Positions 58,933-64,000 of a stretch of DNA of 64,000 nt are shown in pieces. Origin of the DNA: Octopus sinensis (lineage: Eukaryota); NCBI RefSeq assembly GCF_006345805.1, contig NC_043007.1, positions 75,826,001 to 75,890,000 on the forward strand, written 5' to 3'. Numbering within the stretch: position 1 is the first letter of the stretch; every line of letters starts with the position of its first letter. The translations under genes were made by a program, and so were the position numbers. The notes below the pieces were generated by a model. The model was given only the letters and a program-made list of their open reading frames with translations, was not told the origin of the DNA and did not search any database.

Positions 58933-59736
58933 CATACATACATACACATAAATACATATAGATAGATATACATATATTATGCATATCATATATATATATA
59001 TAGATAATTGAAAATATTTGGAGTCAACAAGGAGTACTGTTGGACATTTGTTTTTTAATCACTACAATTGTTTCCACACAATGCAGTTCTCTGGGCATGC
59101 AGGTACTTGATCATGCAAATGTTTCTCTGCACTATGAAATCTAGTTGTGTTTCCTCAGGCAATATGTAAATAAGTTTACATTCTCAGCTTCAAAAACATC
59201 CTGTCTGTCTGTGGTGGCCTGAATTTAATAGCAGTCACTGAGTTTATCATAGTGTGTTGTTGCTGAAGGATCGATGGCAAACTGCTTTGAATGTGTAGAT
59301 GTAGTAAGATGTTGCATCTGCTATTGTTATAGCTGCTGCCATTTTAAAGGGAATGGCATTTGTACTGTTGGTTTGTTCTTCATGGATGGTTAGACATGTG
59401 ACCGTCCTTAGCTGACCTTTATGAATTGGGCCATACATACATATACATGGTCATTCCATATACATCCATATACATACTAATGCTTGCACACATATACACC
59501 CCTCCCAAATATGACACATAAAAGCACCAACCGATCATGGCCATTTGCCAGCCTGTGCTGGCTCCTGTGCCGGTGGCATGTAAAAAACACCCATTACACT
59601 CACGGAGTGGTTGGCATTAGGAAGGGTATGCAGCTGTAGAAACACTGCCAAATCAGACTGGAGCCTGGTGCAGCCTCCATGGCTTACCAGACCCCGGTCG
59701 AACTGTCCAACCCATGCTAGGATGGAAAACGGACGT

Positions 59737-59771
<35 letters not shown>

Positions 59772-60099
59772 ATATATATATCAAAATAAGCGACAGGATA
59801 TCCAGAGGTGATGTAGTACGACTGTTTCAAGCAGCTCCACTTAATTGAGCAATGCAATCATTACATCAATTTAAATGCAGGGCTATCCTCAGCTGCATAA
59901 ATAAATAAATAGAATTTTTTTAATCAGTCGAACACATTTTTATAATTTTACTTAAATTCTCTAATAGGGTAAGAAGACAGATGAAGTCCATGCTGTTGTC
60001 ACTTCAGCTTAGAAGTTTCTAAGACATCAGGAAAAAAATTTTTTTAGGCTGTAACTTGTCAATGATTTTGGTTCAATTTTAATTTATTAGTCTTGTTTA

Positions 60100-61300
60100 T
60101 CAATTCTTTGTTTATCAAATCTAAGACTAGAGAATAGTATCTGTTAGGAAAGGGCATGAGGGAGTTGACAGAATCATAGTGGGTATAGTTATAAAACTTG
60201 TCAAGGTTATCTTGAAGTAGTATAAAGTAACTAGCTATAATGAAGTTGGGTAGTGGAAGACCTTAAATCAAGATGTTAACTACCAGTTAAAAGGGCAAGA
60301 CGCTAATAAAACCAATGATGATAATACGGAGGAAATTTTATCATGGGGTACTATAGGTGATTGATTTAAACAATATTGTTATATTGTATAAAGATAAAAT
60401 TTAGGGTTACCAAGAAAAATATTATTACCAAAAAGATAAATTTTGAATAATTTTGGATATATACGAAAATTTTCAACAATAGAAAGAGAAAAAAATTAAG
60501 TAGAATTAGTTTAATATTCATTCATATACTTAATTATTTACTCATTAGATGGTATTTATAAAGACTGATCACTAACATTTACTAACAGAATACTGGGGCG
60601 ATAGAACATGCTAACTATATATTAATTATAATCTAAGAGGTACATTATAAGTTGTGAAGTTATCGGTGCTAATATAAATTTCTAGGGGTACAAAATTTGA
60701 AGGTTTACTTACATAAAGGCTATTATAAAAATAATATGATCAATAGCGTAGAACACCATAGAAAGGAATAAATAGTTTAATCTCTAACACCATAGTGAAG
60801 TATATATACCATATTATCAACAATAGAAAGAGATTATATAGAATTTGTTTAATAATTCTATCATTATACTTAATTATTTACTCATTAGGTGGTATCAATA
60901 AAGACTGATCACTGGTATTTACTAAAGGAATATTGGGGTGATAGATCATGCTAACTATATATTAATTTTAAGCTAAGAGGTATAATATAGGTTATAACGT
61001 TTCCAAATCTAATACGTACATGATAATATAGTTTCCTATGGGTACATAATTACATATAAAGGCATTTATAAAAATAATGATATTATCAGAAGGGTGGAAC
61101 ACTGTAGAAAGGAATAAATAGTTTAATTTTACCACCAATCAAAACCGAACATCAGCAAATGTTACAAGATGACCCTTTAAGAGAATCAACCAACTGAAAT
61201 GGTTGATGACCGTTCCCCACAGGGAAGCTAACTAGGTAGAATAACATACTTCACCACCAGGAAAATAAGACATCACCAGTACTTTAAAAAGTCAAAAATC
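60100..61300 (-). mobile_element. Highly decayed PLE-like fragment with internal duplication of about 300 bp (60480-60780 / 60800-61100)
   Basis: NYTHYDS remnant resembles the PLE YLHxxSxHP region; the duplication is visible. Confidence 0.35.
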
Positions 61301-61833
61301 AGATCTGTTCATGGGAAAAATTATAAATACACCGGATTCCAAAAAGAAAAAAAAACCCGTTACAAGCGAAAGTCCATGCACACAGCAGAAAAAGAATCAC
61401 AGAAACTTTAAACAAAACCCCTTTTTTAACTATCTTCATTATTCCCTTATTTTTCTCCCTCAGTATGATCAAAACTTTGGTGATCCACATTTCTTATTGA
61501 TTACTTCTAACATTATTGAATTTTGTACATTTAAACAAAATGATCCACATTTTTTATATTATTGAATATTGTGAAAATTTAAATCATTTAAAATTTTATT
61601 GAAACTTGTAAACATTGAAAGTTTTAAACATGATTTTCTAATTCATAATTTTAAATTTTTACCATTGATAAACAAAAAATATTGTTGAAACTAGTTTGGT
61701 ATGTATGTAAATAAATTTATTTAAAAGCATTTAGATGCATTTTCAACAACAAATTTTCCTATATTTTTTCCTACATGGAAATACACCTCTTGTTATATAT
61801 ATATGTATGAATAAATGTATGTATGTATGTATG

Positions 61834-61867
<34 letters not shown>

Positions 61868-61908
61868 TGTGTGTGTGTATATATGTGTGTGTGTGTATAC
61901 ACACACAT

Positions 61909-61972
<64 letters not shown>

Positions 61973-61974
<2 letters not shown>

Positions 61975-63395
61975 TCATCGTTTAACGTCCGTTTTCCTTG
62001 CTAGCATAGGTTGGACGGTTCGACTGGGGTCTGGGAAGCCAGAAGGCTGCACCAGGCTCCAGTGGGACCTGGCAGTGTTTCTACAGCTGGATGCCCTTCC
62101 TAACACCAACCACTCCGTGAGTGTAGTGGGGGCTTTTTATGTGCCACTGGCACAGGTGCCAGGCAAGGCTGGAAATGGCCATGATCGGTTGGTGCTTTTT
62201 ATGTGCCACCGGCACGGAAGCCAGTCAAGGCGGCACTGGCATCGGCCACGTTCGGATGGTGCTTTTTACGTGCCACCGGCACAGGGATCACAACTACAAT
62301 CTCCATTGATTTTTTATGTTGATGTAACTTGACTCAGTAGGTCTCCTCAAGCACAGGGTCGAAATGGTGTTTCTTTATTTGCCACCTGCACAGGAGTCAG
62401 TCCAGTGGAACTGGCAACGACTGGGTGCCAGTCATCGAATTTGGTTCAATTTCGAATTCACTTGCCCCAACAGGTCTTCGTAAGTAGAGTTTAGTGTCCA
62501 ATGAAGGGAGGTTGGCATGGGTGACAGTCGTCGGATGTGGTTTGATTTCGAATTCAATATTGATTTCACTTGCCTCAACAGGTCTTCACAAGCAGAGTTT
62601 TGTGTCCAAAGAAGGAAAAGTATGTATAAGTGGGCTAGCTACATCCCTGGCAAAGGCCACGGGTTATGGACTCACTTGTCCTGCTGGGTCTTCTCACACA
62701 GCATATTTCCAAAGGTCTCAGTCACTAGTCATTGCCTCGATGAGGCCTAATGTTCGAAGGTCATGCTTCACCACCTCGTCCCAGGTTTTCCTGGGTCTAC
62801 CTCTTTTACAGCTTCCCTCCAATCGCTAGGGAGTGGCACTTTTTCACACACCTATCTTCATCTATTCTCGCCACATGACCATACCAGCGCAATCGTCTCT
62901 CTTGCGCACCACAACTGATGCTTCTTAGGTCCAGCTTTTCTCTTAAGGTACTTACACTCTGTTGAGTATGCACACTGACATTACACATCCATCGGATCAT
63001 ACTGGTGTCATTGAAGCTTACGCATGTCCTCAGCAGTCACGGGTCATGTTTCACTGCCATGTAGCATGGCTGTTCATACACATGCGTCATACAGTGTGCC
63101 TTTTACTCTGAGCGAGAGGCCTTTTGTCACCAGCAGAGGTAAGAGCTCTCTGAACTTTGCCCAGGCTATTCTTATTCTAGCAGTTACACTTTCAGCACAC
63201 CCGCCCCCGCTACTGACTTGGTCATCTAGGTAACAGAAGCTATCAACTACTTCTAGTTTTTCTCCCTGGAAAGTGACAGAAGTTGTTCTCTGCAGATTTT
63301 CAGTGTTTATTGCTCCTGAGCATCTGCCACATACAAAAACTATCTTCCTAGTTAGCCTTCCTTTGACATTGCTGCACCTCTTATGTGTCCATAGC
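61973..63395 (-). mobile_element. RTE-clade LINE, 3' part of ORF2 plus long 3' UTR
   Basis: EVVDSFCYL..RIRIAWAKFRELLPLL..MLHGSE, MIRWMCNV..RRLRWYGHVAR; ends in a (GAT)n tail. Confidence 0.88.
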
Positions 63396-63626
63396 TTACT
63401 GGGTACATCTTATATATAAACGCCATGATAGATCGTTAGCACCTACATGCATTTTTTTCTCTCCTTGTTTTTTTTCTGTGTATCTTTCTGTCAAAGAGCG
63501 TAGGCGCAAAACGTAAAAGACTTGTTCTATTTCTATTCCTGAGCACCATACTAATACATTTGTTTGTTTGTACTCCACCTGCCTTCGTCTTTTGTTTATT
63601 TTCGTAAACCTTCCCGTTATATATAT

Positions 63627-63670
<44 letters not shown>

Positions 63671-64000
63671 GGCAGTTTGTCTGTCTCTGCGTCTGTGTGT
63701 CTGTCAGGTTGTACCTTCACCCTGACCACGGCTTTCAACCGATTCTGATGTAACTTGACACACACATAGCCCAATGTCATAATTCAAAACTAACGCAGCG
63801 AAAATTTTGAAAAGTTTCCCCAGTTCTGAAAAAAATTGATAAATTCTACATGGGGTCGAGAATCTAAGCTTTTTATATGCAACACATTTTCTGTTGTAGT
63901 TTTCGCAACTTGCAATCGATTTTCACCAAACTCATAGTGAAGCTTAATGTTACCCTAAGAAACTTAATTCTGACGTTAGTTTTCCATGCAATACCTTACC

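Overview
AT-rich, repeat-dense animal genomic DNA. The (TA)n/(CA)n/(TACA)n density and the SINE, LINE and PLE families are ones I recognise from octopus genomes (inference, no search run). Most ORF-track entries are microsatellite artefacts. Splice-aware reading of the minus strand recovers two tandem paralogous host genes for 4-TM CD20/MS4A-like membrane proteins. Gene 1 has its ATG at 13860 and coding exons 13860-13654, 9836-9765, 7533-7444 and 6011-5892; its last exon is uncertain. Gene 2 has only its 3' part in the window (58626-58546, 56560-56468, 49859-49002) and ends in a tandem array of 14 PPxY motifs. The shared intron sequence of the two genes is far more conserved than their exons. 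Gene 1 also has a candidate 36-nt in-frame loop exon containing a UAG, about 400 bp from a perfect 81-bp hairpin. The rest is mobile DNA: Penelope-like elements with minimal hammerhead ribozymes, CR1, RTE and R4 LINE relics, an intact ORF1-only Tx1/L1-like element, two mariners, a hAT fragment, non-autonomous Helitrons, a solo LTR, several tRNA-SINE families and a mosaic of local duplications at 31-43 kb. All counts and identities are hand counts; element boundaries are approximate unless a junction is quoted.
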